In this document: positions 18,362 to 31,398 of the stretch, in pieces | Numbering within the stretch: the stretch's first letter is position 1 | How the letters are laid out: each line of letters opens with the position of its first letter | Assembly (NCBI GenBank): GCA_965242525.1 | Contig: OZ251459.1 | Coordinates: forward strand, 2,592,001-2,656,000 | Direction of reading: 5' to 3' | Length of the DNA stretch: 64,000 bases | Source of the DNA: an uncultured Candidatus Binatia bacterium | GTDB lineage: Bacteria; Desulfobacterota; Binatia; UBA9968; JAJDTQ01 | Position numbers and translations under genes: made by a program | The notes under the pieces: model-generated | What the model was told of the DNA's origin: nothing | The model's input: the letters and a program-made list of their open reading frames with translations, nothing else | Databases searched by the model: none

Positions 18362-19258
18362 ATGGAACCGAAGCTGAGAGTCCTGTACGGCGTTATCGGG
18401 GAGGAAGGCGAACGCGTGGCCCGGGACCCCACAGGGTACTTGGCCCTCGACGAGGGCATCTACCGGCGGCACGGGCTGGAGGTGTCCTGGGACCACGTCC
18501 AGGGCACCGACGAACGCCTCCAGGCGCTGGTGGACGGCCAGGCCCACCTGTCCCTGGTCATCGGACGGGCGTCGCTCAGGCACTTTCTCGAATCGGGATC
18601 GACGCGCGTCATCGGCTCCTGCATGAACCGCAGTCCCTACCTGCTGGTGGCCCCGCCCGAGGTGCGCGGCGTCCCGGACCTCAAGGGCAAGTCCCTGGCG
18701 TGCCGCGGGAGCGTGGCGGCCACGGCGCCGCTGGCCGAGACCCTTCTCGACCGCGGCCGCCTTGCAGCGGGCAGGGACGTGTCCATCGAGCCGGTGGACA
18801 CCGATCAACACGCCCTGGACCGGCTCTCGGAGGGAGCCGCGGGCGCTGCCCTGTTGCCGCGTCCTTTCGATTTCGTGGCTCTGGAACGCGGCTTTGCGCC
18901 GGTGCCCGACTGGCCGGAGGCGGCCGCGGACCCTCTGCCCATCACCATCGAGACCACTGCCTCCCTGCTGGCCGAAAGGGGGGACGCCATGGCGGCGTTC
19001 CTCACCGCCCACCGGGAGGGCATCCGCTGCCTCAAGGAGCGCCGAAGCGAGACCCTGGCCATGCTCCGGCGCGTGTTCGGGTACGCCCCGGCCCTGGCGG
19101 CGACCCTCTACGACGACTACCTGACGACGCTGGACGAGGGCTTGGCAGTCGATCCCTCCCAGGTGGAGAAGTTGGTGCGGCTGACCGCGCCGGACGCCCG
19201 GGTGGCCGTCCCGGAGCTGGCCTCCCGGTGGCTTGCGCCGTGGGCCGCGGGCGGCTGA
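18362..19258 (+). CDS. NMT1/THI5/SsuA-like ABC substrate-binding protein
   Basis: ALDEGIYRRHGLEV and DLKGKSLA motifs; GGAGG RBS before ATG 18362. Confidence 0.75.
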   Translation: MEPKLRVLYGVIGEEGERVARDPTGYLALDEGIYRRHGLEVSWDHVQGTDERLQALVDGQAHLSLVIGRASLRHFLESGSTRVIGSCMNRSPYLLVAPPEVRGVPDLKGKSLACRGSVAATAPLAETLLDRGRLAAGRDVSIEPVDTDQHALDRLSEGAAGAALLPRPFDFVALERGFAPVPDWPEAAADPLPITIETTASLLAERGDAMAAFLTAHREGIRCLKERRSETLAMLRRVFGYAPALAATLYDDYLTTLDEGLAVDPSQVEKLVRLTAPDARVAVPELASRWLAPWAAGG

Positions 19259-19356
19259 CCGGCGCCGGACGCGCTCCGGACGTCACCCGCGTTACCTCCT
19301 CGTGCCGAGACCGGGCACCTTGCGGCAAAGTTGGCAAAGTTCAGGAATTGCCCGGA

Positions 19357-19530
19357 GGGACATCTGGACAATCGGGCAGAGGGCATGAGAGCGTCCTTCG
19401 ACTTCGCTTCGCTACGCTCAGGACGAACGGGAGGACTTCGCTTCGCTACGCTCAGGACGAACGGGGATAGGGGCGTCAGGGTGAGGGAATCGGGAATCCA
19501 TCCCGGATGTCCCGATTGTTCAGATGTTCC
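19357..19530. mobile_element. Degenerate MITE copy
   Basis: GGGACATCTGGACAATCGGG...CCCGATTGTTCAGATGTTCC; internal sequence nearly identical to the 31200 copy; no clean TSD. Confidence 0.8.
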
Positions 19531-19612
19531 TCGACGATCTTCGAGGAATCCGGGATGTATCGTAGAGTCGTGCAACTCGGACGTACCGTGACACCGTTCG
19601 GCGAACCGTTCT

Positions 19613-20473
19613 GTGGCTCCTGAGCTCACCGCCGTCCTGTCCGCGGTCCTCTACTCCCTCAGCTTCGTGGTGGCGCGCCGGGGACTGCGGTACTCCAACT
19701 CGGCCACCGTGACGGTGGTCTCCCTGGTGGTCCAGAGCGTGGCGTTCTGCGCGGTGGTCGGGGTCACCGGGGCGCCCGCACTGGACGGGGCGGCCCTGGG
19801 GTTGATCGTCGTGGCCGGCAGCTTCCAGCCCTTCGTGAGGCAGATGACCTACCTGGGCATGCAGAAGATCGGCGCCGCGCGCAGCGGCTCGCTGCGCGCC
19901 ACCCATCCCTTCTGGGCGGGCCTCATCGCGGTGGCGCTGCTGGGGGAGACCCTGACGCTGCGCCTGTTCCTGGGCAACGTCACGGTCATCGCGGGCATCG
20001 CGGCCATCTCCTGGCAGGGGTCCCGGGTCCGGCTCGAAGTCCCCGGTTGGTACGCGCTCTTTCCCATGGCCGCGGCGTTCCTGGCCGGCGTCGCCTTCCC
20101 CCTTCGGCGGGCGGCCCTGACCCTTTCGCCGGAGCCGCTGTTCTTCGCCGCGGTCATCGGCGTGGTGGGGCTGTCGCTGGTGGGGGTCGCCCAGGCGGTC
20201 CCGGGGCTGGCCCAACGGTACGTCTGGGACCGGCGGGCGCTTTGGGCCTTCCTCGCCGCGGGCGTGTTCGAGGCGGTGGCCAACGCGGGCATCCTCTACG
20301 CCCTCCGGGGCGGCGACGTGGTGGTCATTGCGCCCATCACCGCCACCCTGCCCATGTGGACCCTCCTGGGCACGGTGGTCTTCCTCCGCGACATGGAGCG
20401 GGTCACCCGCTCCACCGTCCTCGGGACGGCGCTGGTGGTGGTGGGCATCGTGCTGGTGACCACGGGGGGTTGA
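19613..20473 (+). CDS. DMT/EamA family transporter
   Basis: About 10 hydrophobic helices in two repeats; LLGETLT and FLRDMERVT motifs. Confidence 0.85.
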   Translation: MAPELTAVLSAVLYSLSFVVARRGLRYSNSATVTVVSLVVQSVAFCAVVGVTGAPALDGAALGLIVVAGSFQPFVRQMTYLGMQKIGAARSGSLRATHPFWAGLIAVALLGETLTLRLFLGNVTVIAGIAAISWQGSRVRLEVPGWYALFPMAAAFLAGVAFPLRRAALTLSPEPLFFAAVIGVVGLSLVGVAQAVPGLAQRYVWDRRALWAFLAAGVFEAVANAGILYALRGGDVVVIAPITATLPMWTLLGTVVFLRDMERVTRSTVLGTALVVVGIVLVTTGG

Positions 20474-20488
20474 CCCCGGCCGCGGCGC

Positions 20489-22609
<2,121 letters not shown>

Positions 22610-22625
22610 GGGAAGGAGGCCGCGG

Positions 22626-22928
22626 TCACCGGGGCTCGCGCTCCTCGCCGGCGCCGGGTCCGGCGTGGGCGAGCTCGCCCAGGAGCCAGTCCCCGCCCAG
22701 ACCGTCGGGCCGGGGGACCTCCTCCACCGCCACTTCGCCGGCCAGGGCGGCCAGCACCTCGCGGGCGAGTTCGAGGGAGTCTTCCAGCACCAGCAGGACG
22801 ATGACCGCCTCCCGGGGGTCCACGGTCCGGACGATGCCGAGGACCTCGTAGGACTCGACGATGAACTTGAGGTAGGCGATGTCCTGCCGGCGCACGCGCA
22901 GGTAGATCTCGTGCAGGTCCATGCGCAT
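22626..22928 (-). CDS. DUF4911-like small protein
   Basis: IAYLKFIVESYEVLGIVRTVD motif; co-oriented in the operon with rnr. Confidence 0.7.
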   Translation of the reverse strand: MRMDLHEIYLRVRRQDIAYLKFIVESYEVLGIVRTVDPREAVIVLLVLEDSLELAREVLAALAGEVAVEEVPRPDGLGGDWLLGELAHAGPGAGEEREPR

Positions 22929-22986
22929 GGAGGAAAGCGGGCGGGGATGTGGGCGTCGGCGATGCGGGTCGGGAAGCGGACGGCGC

Positions 22987-25605
22987 TCAGCGCAGCAACT
23001 CGCGGAAGCCTTTCCTCACCTTCTCCCACCAGTCCATGAACCCGTCGTCGCGCTCGTCCCTCGGTCCCCTCTGTTCGGCGAGCTTGTCGTACATGTAGCG
23101 CGTGATCTGCCGCACGTCGGGGCGGACGGCCACGTCGGGGAAGTTTCCGGCGAGCCGGAACGGCACGCTGATGCCGTCCGCGTCGAAGAGGTAGCGGACG
23201 TTGCGGTAGCGCCCGCTCAGGTCCCGCGAGAATTCGGGGGAGAGGACGAGCGTGGCTTGCAGGTCCACGCCCCCGTCGTGGCCTGCCCAGCCCTTGCCGA
23301 CGATGCTGAACTCGTCCGCGGCCAGCAGCAGGTCGTCGCTCCGAAGGCGGCCCTTGCGGACGGTGAACGTCCCCTCCAGGCGGTCGAACGACGTCCGCTC
23401 GCCGCGCACCAGCGAACTGTACGCAGGCCCCGCGGAGTCGATGCGGTCGATGCCTTCCACCGCGCCCATGGCGGCGAGCACTCCGCGCACGGGGTTGAAG
23501 CGGCCGAGGACCCCCTTGGACAGTGTAGCGCGGCCGTGCCCCTCCAGGGTCTGGGCGATGGACGGCCAGTCCTTGCCGGAGCCCGTGAACCGGCCCGCGA
23601 GGTCCAGGCGCCCCTGGACGGGCTCGGTGGGACCGGTGCGGACCAGGGCCAGGATGCTCCGCACGTCCAGGTTCTCCAGCACGGGGGCCAGCTCGAAGTC
23701 GAAGCGCTGGCCGTTGCGGTTCGTGACCGCGCCGCGGCCCCGTATCCTGCCTCCGAGGGTCTCCACCGAGAGGTCCTCGACCTCCAGCGCGCCGCGGGTC
23801 CAGCGCATGCGTCCCTCGAGGTTGCGGTAGGCGGCGCCCCTGAACCGGCCGCTGCCGGAGGCGAGCCGCCCCTCGACCGACAACGCTTCCTCGTGGAGCT
23901 CGGCCGTCCCTGTGCCCACCACGTCGCTGAAGGAATCCGCCCGGTGCGCGGCGTCGCCGGTCACGTCGGCCAGGTTCAGCAGGTTGGACTGGACGCGGTA
24001 GTGGAGGATGGGCCGGGCCAGGTCCGTCACCAGTCCCTGGAGCCGGAGGTCCGACACCCCCGAGCGCAACCGGAGGTCGGGGATCTCGACGTCGTTGCCG
24101 AGGAACTCCAACCGGCCCCGGAGTCCCTGGACGGCCCCGCGGGTCCACGGGGCGCCGGCGATGCTGACGTTGGCCAACCGGAGGCTGCCCGTGACCGTGG
24201 GAGGCTCGTTCCGGGGCGTCAGCTTCCGCACGAGGGAGACGCTGGCGTTGACCGTGCCGTCGAGCTCGTAGCCGGCCGCCGCGGGCGCCAGTTTCGCCCA
24301 TTCCTTCAGCGACGCGTCGCCGGTCTCCACTTGCAGCCGGAGCACGCGGTCCCGGTCAACCTCCCCCGAGAACGCCGCCTCCACGTCTCGGAGCCGCACC
24401 TTGGACTCGTGGATGACCAGTCGGTCGCCGCGCAACCGCACGGCTACGGTCAACGCGGCCGGCGCCCCCGGAGGCTTGTGGAGCCACTGGCCGTACCGGA
24501 CGGCGTTGGCGTCGGCCGTCACCGAGACCCGGACCTTCAGGTCGTCCGGGCTCCCTTCGACCACGCCCGACAGGTGCAGCGGCTCTTGCACCGCCAACCC
24601 CGCGGGCGTCACCCGGTCCACCCAGGGGATCCGTCTGAGCCGGTCCAGGTCCACCGGCCCCAGTTGCAGCTTCGCCTCGACGCGGCCCCGGCGCCAGGAC
24701 GCGGCCTCCGAAAAGTCCACTTCTCCGGTGACCCGGGCGTTTCCGGCCGCGCCGCCGAGCAGGGCGCCGGTCACGTTCATTTGCCATATGCGCGGTCGGC
24801 GGAGGCTGCCCGACACCCGCGCGCTGACGGCCAAAGGGCCGGAGGGGCGGAGGTAAGGCGGCAGGTGCGCTTCCAGCAGCTTCCAGGCCCGCGCCGCCAG
24901 GGCCTCGGGCAGGGACGCGGCGTGCAACTCCAGGTCCACGGCGTTGCCGGTCCAGTCCGCCAGGGGCCGTGCGGCGCCCACCGTCCCGGTCACCGAGAAC
25001 GGAAGTCCTTCGTCCGGCTCCAGCGTTCCGCGGACGTCCACGTACAGGCTCTGCTCCCCCGACCATCGAAGCGTTGCGTCGAGGCGGTGCAGGCGCAGCT
25101 CTTCGGGCTCGTCCGACGACCGATCCACGAAATGGAGCTTCCCTCGGTCCACCCGCACCGCGGTGGCGGCTCGCCGGGCCAACCGGAAGCCCGCCAGCAA
25201 CGGCTGCGCCGGCGTGAGGACGTTGAGGTCGCCGTACTCGTTGCGGATGACCTGGATCTCCGGCTGGTGGAGCACCAATTCGGAGACCGTGGAGCCGCCC
25301 GTGAGGAGCGACAGCCAGCCCACGGAGATGGTGAGTTCGTTGGCATGGACCAGCGGGGTGGCCGCAAACCGGGGGTCGTCGGCCACCCGCAGGTCGGTGA
25401 CCGTGACGCTCAGGGTCCCCGGCCGTCTGGGGAAGTTCAGGCGGATGGACTCGAACGCCACCGGGTGGCCGAGGGCGCTCTCGATCTGCTGGCGTATGGA
25501 CTCCTTGCGGTTGTCCAGCAGCGCTTGCAGTCCCACCACCGCGGCCACGCCCAGGACCGCGGCCAGGGACAGGAATGCCAGGAGGATGGAAGCCGTCTTT
25601 CTCAT
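22987..25605 (-). CDS. AsmA family protein
   Basis: N-terminal TM helix, beta-rich body, AsmA C-terminal TSFDRLEGTFTVRKG...VPFRLAGNFPD. Confidence 0.85.
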   Translation of the reverse strand: MRKTASILLAFLSLAAVLGVAAVVGLQALLDNRKESIRQQIESALGHPVAFESIRLNFPRRPGTLSVTVTDLRVADDPRFAATPLVHANELTISVGWLSLLTGGSTVSELVLHQPEIQVIRNEYGDLNVLTPAQPLLAGFRLARRAATAVRVDRGKLHFVDRSSDEPEELRLHRLDATLRWSGEQSLYVDVRGTLEPDEGLPFSVTGTVGAARPLADWTGNAVDLELHAASLPEALAARAWKLLEAHLPPYLRPSGPLAVSARVSGSLRRPRIWQMNVTGALLGGAAGNARVTGEVDFSEAASWRRGRVEAKLQLGPVDLDRLRRIPWVDRVTPAGLAVQEPLHLSGVVEGSPDDLKVRVSVTADANAVRYGQWLHKPPGAPAALTVAVRLRGDRLVIHESKVRLRDVEAAFSGEVDRDRVLRLQVETGDASLKEWAKLAPAAAGYELDGTVNASVSLVRKLTPRNEPPTVTGSLRLANVSIAGAPWTRGAVQGLRGRLEFLGNDVEIPDLRLRSGVSDLRLQGLVTDLARPILHYRVQSNLLNLADVTGDAAHRADSFSDVVGTGTAELHEEALSVEGRLASGSGRFRGAAYRNLEGRMRWTRGALEVEDLSVETLGGRIRGRGAVTNRNGQRFDFELAPVLENLDVRSILALVRTGPTEPVQGRLDLAGRFTGSGKDWPSIAQTLEGHGRATLSKGVLGRFNPVRGVLAAMGAVEGIDRIDSAGPAYSSLVRGERTSFDRLEGTFTVRKGRLRSDDLLLAADEFSIVGKGWAGHDGGVDLQATLVLSPEFSRDLSGRYRNVRYLFDADGISVPFRLAGNFPDVAVRPDVRQITRYMYDKLAEQRGPRDERDDGFMDWWEKVRKGFRELLR

Positions 25606-25633
25606 GGGAGGGCGTCTGTGGTCATGTGCGCCA

Positions 25634-25795
25634 GGGAAACTCCGAACGATTGCCCCCGTTCATACCGAGCATAGCGAAGCGAAGTCCCTCGTTCATCCTG
25701 AGCGAAGCGAAATCTTCCGTTCGTCCTGACCGTAGCGGCCAACTCCCCCGTTCGTCCTGAGCGTAGCGAAGCGAAGTCGAAGGACGCGCTTTCCC
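25634..25795. repeat. REP/MITE-family tandem cluster
   Basis: GGGAAACTCCGAACG...four CCGTTC(G/A)TCCTGAGC-type units...GACGCGCTTTCCC. Confidence 0.8.
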
Positions 25796-25836
25796 ACTGG
25801 GAGAGCGGGTTCGAGCCGGAATCGACCGGCCATTCC

Positions 25837-27039
25837 CTAATCCGCCCGTTCCACGATGGTGGCGATCCCCTGTCCCACGCCGATGCACATGGCGGCCATG
25901 CCGTAGCGGCTGCCGCGCCGCTTCATCTCGTGGACCAAGGTGGTCAGGATCCTCGCGCCGCTGCAACCCAGGGGGTGTCCCAGGGCGATGGCGCCGCCGT
26001 TCACGTTCACCTTGTCCGGGTCCAGGTCGAGCTCCCTGACGCAGGCCAGGGACTGGGACGCGAACGCCTCGTTGAGCTCCACCAAGTCCAGTTGGTCCGC
26101 GGTGAGTCCGGCCCGCTGGAGCGCCTTGCGGCTGGCCGGGATGGGTCCGATGCCCATGAAGGCCGGATCTACCCCGGCCACCGCGGAGGCGACGATCCGC
26201 GCCAGGGGCTTCAGCTTCAGGGCCGCGGCCTTCTCCCGGGACGCCACCACCAGGGCCGCGGCGCCGTCGGACAGCGGCGACGAGTTGCCTGCGGTCACGG
26301 TGCCGTCCTCGACGAACGCGGGCCTCAGGGCCGCGAGCTGCTCCAGGGTGGTGTCGGGCCGCGGGCCTTCGTCGCGGCTGTGGACCACCGGGTCGCCGCG
26401 CCGTTGGGGCGTCGCCACCGGGATCATCTCGTGGTCCAGCCGGCCCGCTTCCGCGGCCGCCACCGCGTTGCGGTGGCTCCTGAGTCCGAACGCGTCCTGT
26501 TGCTCCCGGGTGACCGAGTACTTCTCGGCCACGTTCTCCGCGGTCTCGCCGAGGCTGACGAGCGGGTAGAGCTCGCCCAGTCGGGGGTTCGGAAAGCGCC
26601 AGCCGAGCACGCTGTCATAGACGGTGACGTTGCCGCGGGCGAACGGGGCGTTGCCCTTGGGGATCACCAGCGGGGCCCGGGTCATCACCTCGACGCCGCC
26701 GGCCACGAACAGGTCTCCCTCCTCGGCGCCCACCGCGCGGCCGGCCTGGTTGACGGCCTCCAGCCCGGAGCCGCAAAGTCGGTTCACGGTGGCCCCGGGA
26801 ACCGAGTCCGGCACGCCCGCGAGAAGGGATGCGTTGCGGGCCACGTTGCGGCAATCCTCCCCGGCCTGGTTGGTGCAGCCCAGGATGACGTCCTCGACGG
26901 CCCCCCCGTCGATGCCGTTCCGGGCCATGAGCCGGGCGATGACGTGGGCCGCCAGGTCGTCCGGCCGGATGTCCTTGAGGATGCCCCCGTAGCGGCCCAT
27001 GGGGGTGCGGGCGGCGTCCAGGATCACGGCTTCGGGCAT
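25837..27039 (-). CDS. paaJ: Thiolase (3-oxoadipyl-CoA thiolase PaaJ/PcaF-like)
   Basis: [33 protein letters not shown] motifs. Confidence 0.85.
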   Translation of the reverse strand: MPEAVILDAARTPMGRYGGILKDIRPDDLAAHVIARLMARNGIDGGAVEDVILGCTNQAGEDCRNVARNASLLAGVPDSVPGATVNRLCGSGLEAVNQAGRAVGAEEGDLFVAGGVEVMTRAPLVIPKGNAPFARGNVTVYDSVLGWRFPNPRLGELYPLVSLGETAENVAEKYSVTREQQDAFGLRSHRNAVAAAEAGRLDHEMIPVATPQRRGDPVVHSRDEGPRPDTTLEQLAALRPAFVEDGTVTAGNSSPLSDGAAALVVASREKAAALKLKPLARIVASAVAGVDPAFMGIGPIPASRKALQRAGLTADQLDLVELNEAFASQSLACVRELDLDPDKVNVNGGAIALGHPLGCSGARILTTLVHEMKRRGSRYGMAAMCIGVGQGIATIVERAD

Positions 27040-27108
27040 GGCCTGCCTTCCTTCGGCGCGGGGCGCCGCAGTCGGAATACTTTATTTTTCAGCATCTTGT
27101 CCGGTTCG

Positions 27109-27858
27109 TCAAGGCTTGGCGCCGTCCCCGTCGGGATATTCGTGGAAACCCCGGCCCGCGGTCTCCCCGAGGCGTCCGGCCTGCACCATCTTCCGCAGCA
27201 GCGGCGCAGGTCGATAGCGGTCGTCCCCGGTCTCCTCCTGGAGCCCTTCGAGGACCGCGAGGACCTCGTCCAGCCCGATCTCGTCGGCCCAGCGGAGCGG
27301 CCCCTGTGGGTAGTTGGTCCCCAGCCTGAGGGCGATGTCGATCTCTTCCGCGGTGGCGACCCCCTCGTCCAGGCTTCGCGCGGCCTCGTTGACGATGAGG
27401 CTCAGGATCCGGGGGAACACGAGCCCGGGCGCGTCCTTGACCTCCGCGCTCTCCTTGCCCAGGCGCTCGACCAGGGACTCCGCGCACGCGAAGGCCTCCC
27501 CGCCGGTGTCGAGTCCCCGGGCCAGCTCGATGACCTTGCGCCGGGCCAGGGGATGGAACGTGGCGAAGCCCACGATCCGTTCCGGCCGGCGGCTCCAGGA
27601 CGCGACGGCGGCCGCGGACCAGCGGAGGCACGAGCTCATCACCAGCGCCGCCCCCGGGACCGCGGCGTCGAGCTCCTCCAGGAGCTGTCGCTTGCCTTCC
27701 TCCCCGTGGGCCAGGGTCTCCACCACCGCCTCGGTGGCCGGGTCCACCTGGTCCGCCCGGGCGCACCGGGCCGCGGCCAAGCCCCGGTCGAGCGCGAGCC
27801 GATGCCAGTCCTCGGCCAGACGGTTGTCGCCCAGGATCGCCAGGCTACCCGGTTCCAT
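27109..27858 (-). CDS. 3-hydroxyacyl-CoA dehydrogenase family protein (PaaH C-terminal half-like)
   Basis: [15 protein letters not shown] and YRPAPLL motifs; degenerate NAD-binding domain. Confidence 0.8.
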   Translation of the reverse strand: MEPGSLAILGDNRLAEDWHRLALDRGLAAARCARADQVDPATEAVVETLAHGEEGKRQLLEELDAAVPGAALVMSSCLRWSAAAVASWSRRPERIVGFATFHPLARRKVIELARGLDTGGEAFACAESLVERLGKESAEVKDAPGLVFPRILSLIVNEAARSLDEGVATAEEIDIALRLGTNYPQGPLRWADEIGLDEVLAVLEGLQEETGDDRYRPAPLLRKMVQAGRLGETAGRGFHEYPDGDGAKP

Positions 27859-28708
27859 AGTCGTAGAAACCCTTTCCGGTCTTTCGTCCCAGGTGGCCGG
27901 CCAGGTAGAGCTTCTGCTGGAGCGGACTCGGCCGGAAGCGCGGGTCTTCGAAGAAGGCCCGGTAGAGGGTCTCGGTGGCTGTGAAGTTGACGTCGATGCC
28001 GATGAGGTCCTGGAGCTCGAACGGACCCATGCGAAAGCCGCCGGACTCTCGCATGACCCGGTCCACGGTCTCCACGTCCACGCCGCCCTCGGTGAGGATG
28101 CGCAGGGCCTCGTTGTAGAACGGCCGGGCGATGCGGTTGACGATGAACCCCGGGGTGTCCTTGGCGCGGACCGGGGTCTTGCCGAGTTTCTTCGTCAAGT
28201 CCACGGCCTTGTCCACCGCCGCGGCGCCGGTCAGTTCCCCCTGCACCACCTCCACCAACGCCATGAGCGGGGCGGGGTTGAAGAAGTGCATGCCCAGGAC
28301 CCGGGATGCGTCCTCCACCGCGCCGCCGATGGCGGTCACCGACAGGGACGAAGTGTTGGTGGCCAGCAGCGTTTCCGGGGCGCAGGCCGCGTCCAGCTTC
28401 CGGAACAACTCCTGCTTGACCCCCAGGTCCTCGGTGGCGGCTTCGACCACGAGCGCGGCCTCCGCAAGGTCCTCCAGGGCCAGGGAGCCGGTGAGTCGCG
28501 CCAGTATGCGCCCTTCCTGTTCCCGGTCGATGCGGCCCTTCTCCCGGCTGCGTCCGACGAAGCCCCGTATCCTCTCCAGCCCCCGATCGAGGAATTCCCG
28601 GGAGACGTCGTACACCACCGCGTCGAACCCCGCCTGGACCGCCACCTGCGCGATCCCGGCGCCCATGGCGCCCGCGCCGATGACGCCGATCCTGTTGTCG
28701 TGGACCAT
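27845..28708 (-). CDS. paaH: 3-hydroxyacyl-CoA dehydrogenase (PaaH N-terminal half-like)
   Basis: [33 protein letters not shown] motifs. Confidence 0.85.
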   Translation of the reverse strand: MVHDNRIGVIGAGAMGAGIAQVAVQAGFDAVVYDVSREFLDRGLERIRGFVGRSREKGRIDREQEGRILARLTGSLALEDLAEAALVVEAATEDLGVKQELFRKLDAACAPETLLATNTSSLSVTAIGGAVEDASRVLGMHFFNPAPLMALVEVVQGELTGAAAVDKAVDLTKKLGKTPVRAKDTPGFIVNRIARPFYNEALRILTEGGVDVETVDRVMRESGGFRMGPFELQDLIGIDVNFTATETLYRAFFEDPRFRPSPLQQKLYLAGHLGRKTGKGFYDYGTG

Positions 28709-28758
28709 GGTTGGTTCCCCTGGAGAGGGCGCGGGAGGCCGGCCGCGGGTCCCGGGGC

Positions 28759-29541
28759 CTACTCCCCCGTGAACACGGGCGCCCGCTTCTCGGTGAAGGC
28801 CCGGACCCCCTCGTCGTAGTCGGAGGTGCGGCCCGCGATCTCCTGGATGCAGGCTTCGTATTCGAGCTGCGCCTCCAGCTCGCCGTACATGGAGCGGTTC
28901 AACGCCCTCTTGATGAGGCCGGTGCTGCGGGGGCCCCGGGCGATCCTTTCGGCCATGGCCCGGGCCTCCGCGGCCAACTCTTGCGCCGGCGCCACCTTGG
29001 CCACCAGTCCGCAGCGGAGCGCGTCCTCCGCCTCCAGGGGCTCGCCCAGGAGGAACATCTCGGTGGCCTTGCCCAGCCCGATGAGGCGGGGCAGGAAGTA
29101 GCTGCCGCCGCAGTCCGGGCCCAGTCCCACGCGCACGAACGCTTCGATGAAGCGCGCGTTCTCCGAGGCGATGCGCAGGTCGCAGGCCAGCGTCAGGTTG
29201 CACCCCGCGCCCGCGGCCACCCCGTTGACCGCGCAGATGACGATCTTCTCGGTGCGCCGGATGGCCAGGATGATGGGGTTGTAACGGGACCGGAGGGACT
29301 CGCCCAGGGAGCCTTTCCGTTCCGGCGCCCGGTCCTTTAGGTCCTGGCCCGCGCAGAAGGCCCGGTCGCCGGCCCCGGTCAGCACGAAGCAGCGCACCGC
29401 CTTGTCCCGATCCCCGTCCCGGAGGGCGTCCAGCAGCTCCCGGTTCATCTCCCGGTTGAAGGCGTTGAGCGCCCGCGGCCGGTTCAGCGTGACGGTGGCG
29501 ACGCCGTCCCGTTTCTCGTAGAGCAGGGTCTCGTAGCTCAT
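28759..29541 (-). CDS. paaG: Enoyl-CoA hydratase/isomerase (PaaG-like)
   Basis: [35 protein letters not shown] motifs; ATGA coupling to the upstream gene. Confidence 0.8.
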   Translation of the reverse strand: MSYETLLYEKRDGVATVTLNRPRALNAFNREMNRELLDALRDGDRDKAVRCFVLTGAGDRAFCAGQDLKDRAPERKGSLGESLRSRYNPIILAIRRTEKIVICAVNGVAAGAGCNLTLACDLRIASENARFIEAFVRVGLGPDCGGSYFLPRLIGLGKATEMFLLGEPLEAEDALRCGLVAKVAPAQELAAEARAMAERIARGPRSTGLIKRALNRSMYGELEAQLEYEACIQEIAGRTSDYDEGVRAFTEKRAPVFTGE

Positions 29542-30311
29542 CTTCCCTCGAACTCGGGCTTGCGCTTGTCGAGGAAAGCCTGCATGCCCTCCCTCCGGTC
29601 CTCGGAAGCGAACAGCGCGTAGAAGGACTTGCGCTCGAAGGCCAGGCCCTCGTCCAAGGGCGCGTTGGCGGCCTTGAGGATGGCTTCCTTGGCGAACCGC
29701 ACGGCGATGGGGGGCTTGCGGGCGATGGTCTGCGCCATGGCCCTGGCCTCGTCCAGCAGCACTTCCACCGGCACCACCTTGTTCACCAATCCGCACCGCT
29801 CGGCTTCCGCGGCGTCCATGAACCGGCCCGTGAGCACCAGCTCCATGGCCTTGTGCTTGCCCACGATGCGCGTGAGCCGCTGGGTCCCCCCCGAGCCCGG
29901 TATGGTGCCCAGGTTGACTTCGGGTTGGCCGAAGCGGGCCGACTCGGAGGCGATGACGATGTCGCAGCTCATGGCCAGCTCGCATCCGCCTCCCAGGGCG
30001 AAGCCGCTCACCGCGGCCACCACGGGTTTCGACAGGTGGTTGATGCGGTCCCTGAGCGCCAACCGCTCGTGCGCCCGGCCGGCGAACGGGGTGGCCTCCA
30101 CCATCTCGTTGATGTCCGCGCCCGCGGCGAACACCCGGTCGCCGCCGGTCAGTACGAACACCCGGACGGAGTCGTCCCGGTCGAGCCCTTCCAGCGCCTC
30201 GCACAGGTCCTTGCACAGCCCGTAGGAAAGCGCGTTGAGCTGTTTCGGCCGGTTCAGCGTGGCGACGGCCACGGCCCCGTCCCTCTCGATGACGATGTTT
30301 TCGAAGTCCAT
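29538..30311 (-). CDS. paaF: Enoyl-CoA hydratase (PaaF-like)
   Basis: [33 protein letters not shown] motifs. Confidence 0.82.
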   Translation of the reverse strand: MDFENIVIERDGAVAVATLNRPKQLNALSYGLCKDLCEALEGLDRDDSVRVFVLTGGDRVFAAGADINEMVEATPFAGRAHERLALRDRINHLSKPVVAAVSGFALGGGCELAMSCDIVIASESARFGQPEVNLGTIPGSGGTQRLTRIVGKHKAMELVLTGRFMDAAEAERCGLVNKVVPVEVLLDEARAMAQTIARKPPIAVRFAKEAILKAANAPLDEGLAFERKSFYALFASEDRREGMQAFLDKRKPEFEGR

Positions 30312-30422
30312 GTGACCGGGGAGTTATACTTAACCATGAATACATACAACATGAGGCATGGCGATTCAACGTCGCCGGCGTTTCGTTGACTTCGGACGGG
30401 CGGTCTGACAATATCCGCCCCG

Positions 30423-31124
30423 ATGCCGCGCGATTCGGGGTCCTCCACCACCCACCACGACGAGAGGCTGCGGGAGATCCTCGGGCATTCCGCCCGGATA
30501 TTCGCCGAGAAGGGGTTCGACGGCGCCTCCATCCGGGAGATCAGCCGCGCCACGGGCATGAGCTTGGCCGGTCTCTACTACTATTTCCGCACCAAGGAAG
30601 AGCTGCTCTGCCTGATCCAGGAACGGTGCCTGGCGACCCTGCTGGAAAGCGGGCGGAAGATCGCGGCGTCCGGAAAGACCCCGCGGGAGAAGGTCGCGCT
30701 GTTCGTCCGCAACCATCTCGGTTTCTTCCTGCACAACATGAACGAGATGAAGGTCATGTCCCGGGAGGACACCGCGCTGACGGCCGACTACGAGAAGAGG
30801 GTGCTCGACCTGAAGCGCCTCTACCTGAAGGTGCTGGTGGACTTGGTGGAGGATCTCCGGCAACACGAACGGGCGGGGAAGCTGAACGCGCGCGTGGCCG
30901 CCCTGTCCCTGTTCGGAATGATGAACTGGATCTACGCCTGGTACCGTCCCGACCGGGACCCGTCCCTGGGAGACCTCATCGAGCAGATGTTGCGCATATT
31001 CTTCTTCGGCGTGCTGAACCGCGGCGCGGAAGACCGGGAGGCGGACGACTGCCTGTTCGAGCGCTTTCCGGCCGACCGCGAGGGCTTCGCGCTGTGGCCG
31101 GGCTCGGGAGGCCCGGTCCGGTGA
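30423..31124 (+). CDS. TetR family regulator (PaaR/KstR2-like), divergent from the paa-like operon
   Basis: FAEKGFDGASIREIS...AGLYYYFRTKEELL HTH; GMMNWIYAWYRP. Confidence 0.9.
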   Translation: MPRDSGSSTTHHDERLREILGHSARIFAEKGFDGASIREISRATGMSLAGLYYYFRTKEELLCLIQERCLATLLESGRKIAASGKTPREKVALFVRNHLGFFLHNMNEMKVMSREDTALTADYEKRVLDLKRLYLKVLVDLVEDLRQHERAGKLNARVAALSLFGMMNWIYAWYRPDRDPSLGDLIEQMLRIFFFGVLNRGAEDREADDCLFERFPADREGFALWPGSGGPVR

Positions 31125-31199
31125 GTCCGGCGCGCCCGGGTCCGGCGCGCGGCCCGCACGCGTGCGGACGGTCCTGACAGGGTTTCCCTATACGCCTAA

Positions 31200-31340
31200 G
31201 GAACCTCTGAACAATCGGGACAGAGGGCATGAGCGCGTCCTTCGACTCCGCTTCGCTACGCTCAGGACGAACGGGAATAGGGGCGTCAGGGTGAGGGAAT
31301 CGGGAATCCATCCCGGATGTCTCGATTGTTCAGAGGTTCC
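31200..31340. mobile_element. MITE with CTAA target-site duplication
   Basis: GGAACCTCTGAACAATCG...CGATTGTTCAGAGGTTCC; CTAA at 31196-31199 and 31341-31344. Confidence 0.9.
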
Positions 31341-31398
31341 CTAAATCACCCACGCCAGCCAGCCCGTGTGCGGACGGTCCGGTGAGTCCGGCGCGCCT

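Noticed and set aside
22610-24301. N-terminal extension of the 1270-aa ORF containing rnr
   Set aside because: Out-of-frame overlap with the AsmA and DUF4911 genes; RNase R homology starts at 22609.
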